From Candidatus Woesearchaeota archaeon (lineage in GTDB: Archaea; Nanobdellota; Nanobdellia; Pacearchaeales; GW2011-AR1), in NCBI GenBank assembly GCA_964598635.1, contig CAZRCO010000027.1, forward strand, positions 1 through 5,287: a stretch of 5,287 bases of DNA. The letters run 5' to 3'. Positions within the stretch are counted from its first letter, which is position 1. Each line of letters opens with the position of its first letter. A program made the translations under genes and the position numbers. The notes under the pieces were generated by a model. That model did not search any database. It was not told the origin of the DNA and was given only the letters and a program-made list of their open reading frames with translations. Positions 4,469-5,287 of this stretch are shown here, piece by piece.

Positions 4469-5023
4469 CTTTCCTCTAAATCTAAAACGATAGCCGCCAG
4501 TTAAAGTAATCATACCTTTTACATTTTCACTTGCTGGCAACATTGTATAAGTAACTCTCCCATCAATCTTGTCAAAGATTGTTACACCCACACCTGCTTC
4601 TAATCCAAATGTTGTATTTGATACTTTATCATGAACATCAAATTCTGGAATATCTATTGTTGAAGTTTCCATTAGTAAATTTGCACCGGCTGTTAAATAT
4701 GGTTTTACTTTTGCTGTTTGTTTCAGTGGGCTATAACTTGCACTAAGTCTTGGCAAAAAACTGTTTGTTTTTATATATTCTCCAGATGAACGGAAATAAT
4801 CTAAACCAGCTTCAATTCCAATTTTTCCTGCATTAAGACCACAAGCCCCGCCAACGAGAAGGGAAGGCGTATAATCCTGTTCTTTTTCTGCTACAGGAAT
4901 TATTGCTCCGACTTTTGGTTCAACATAGGGCTTTACAGATGCGCATCCAATTGCTAAAGCTGCTACCCCTGCTAAGAAAAGTATCTTTCCCCTATTCAAT
5001 ATTGATTCCAGTTTTTGTTTCAT
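4463..5023 (-). CDS. Putative lipoprotein with an outer-membrane beta-barrel-like (OmpX/OmpW/OMP_b-brl-like) body, 186 aa
   Basis: The signal peptide MKQKLESILNRGKILFLAGVAALAIGC has a lipobox-like AIGC with Cys27. Six clear amphipathic alternating segments follow (KIGIEAGLDYF, FLPRLSASYSPL, KPYLTAGANLLM, TTFGLEAGVGVTIF, DGRVTYTMLP, GMITLTGGYRFRF). The protein ends with the aromatic stretch YRFRF followed by RGKK. Confidence 0.85.
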   Translation of the reverse strand: MKQKLESILNRGKILFLAGVAALAIGCASVKPYVEPKVGAIIPVAEKEQDYTPSLLVGGACGLNAGKIGIEAGLDYFRSSGEYIKTNSFLPRLSASYSPLKQTAKVKPYLTAGANLLMETSTIDIPEFDVHDKVSNTTFGLEAGVGVTIFDKIDGRVTYTMLPASENVKGMITLTGGYRFRFRGKK

Positions 5024-5047
5024 TTTTTACCCACAATATTTACACTA

Positions 5048-5055
5048 TCTTTAAA
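5048..5055 (-). promoter_or_regulatory. TATA-like TTTAAAGA upstream of the lipoprotein gene
   Basis: Its centre at 5051.5 is about 28 nt upstream of ATG 5023. It contains the TAA stop of the upstream Cys-rich ORF. A GTGGGT SD-like element also lies 6-11 nt before the ATG, so co-transcription is equally possible. Confidence 0.35.
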
Positions 5056-5287
5056 CATAATAACATTTTCCATAATTACATACTTCTACTAAACATCTTC
5101 CTTCATCTGCAACACACCCATATTCACATTCTTGAGCTTTTTGTTCATCAGTATATGGATTTGGATTATTATAACACTCAGCACTAGAACAACCTTTATC
5201 ATAGCAAACCCTTTTATGATAAACATCTCCATCTTTACAATAATTATCTTGCCAATCTTCACAGTAATCTTCTCCGCAATCTTCTAT
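5051..5287 (-). CDS. C-terminal 78 aa of a cysteine-rich, acidic, probably secreted protein; 5' end lies beyond the window
   Basis: Hand translation of the minus strand gives IEDCGEDYCEDWQDNYCKDGDVYHKRVCYDKGCSSAECYNNPNPYTDEQKAQECEYGCVADEGRCLVEVCNYGKCYYV*. The frame is open to the window edge and contains no Met, which probably explains its absence from the ORF track. It has 11 Cys in 78 residues and is rich in D, E, Y, G and N. Confidence 0.65.
   Translation of the reverse strand: MEDCGEDYCEDWQDNYCKDGDVYHKRVCYDKGCSSAECYNNPNPYTDEQKAQECEYGCVADEGRCLVEVCNYGKCYYV

Noticed and set aside
4903-5187. Plus-strand 94-aa ORF from the track
   Set aside because: It is antisense to both the lipoprotein signal-peptide region and the Cys-rich ORF. 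The translation is low-complexity (H/I/L/F/N-rich). The two minus-strand frames have much more protein-like content and signals.
1-5287. CRISPR arrays, IS elements, rRNA genes and riboswitch-like structures
   Set aside because: No spaced direct repeats, terminal inverted repeats with a transposase, or extended GC-rich structured segments are visible other than the single tRNA.

Overview
AT-rich (about 30% GC by eye), gene-dense fragment that reads as archaeal, most plausibly a small-genome DPANN-like lineage; that assignment is an inference. Three things support it. (1) The 426-aa seryl-tRNA synthetase is of the archaeal/eukaryal flavour. (2) tRNA-Asp(GUC) has no encoded CCA and is followed directly by a T7 run. 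(3) A TATA-like box sits about 26-27 nt upstream of almost every start codon, as expected for leaderless transcripts. On the minus strand the order is serS, an 81-aa helical protein and an 83-aa two-TM protein, tightly coupled as an apparent operon. Three orphan small ORFs of 102, 81 and 54 aa follow, each with its own TATA-like box, then tRNA-Asp. On the plus strand there is a 43-aa very basic ORF with a perfect Shine-Dalgarno (missing from the ORF track), a 225-aa polytopic membrane protein with an acidic tail, and an orphan protein of about 177 aa. The right end holds the most unusual content. A 186-aa lipobox protein looks like a bacterial 8-strand outer-membrane beta-barrel. Immediately upstream of it is an untracked, edge-truncated cysteine-rich ORF (11 Cys in 78 aa). 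No CRISPR array, IS element, integrase or rRNA is visible. All homology statements come from memory of protein families, not from searches.
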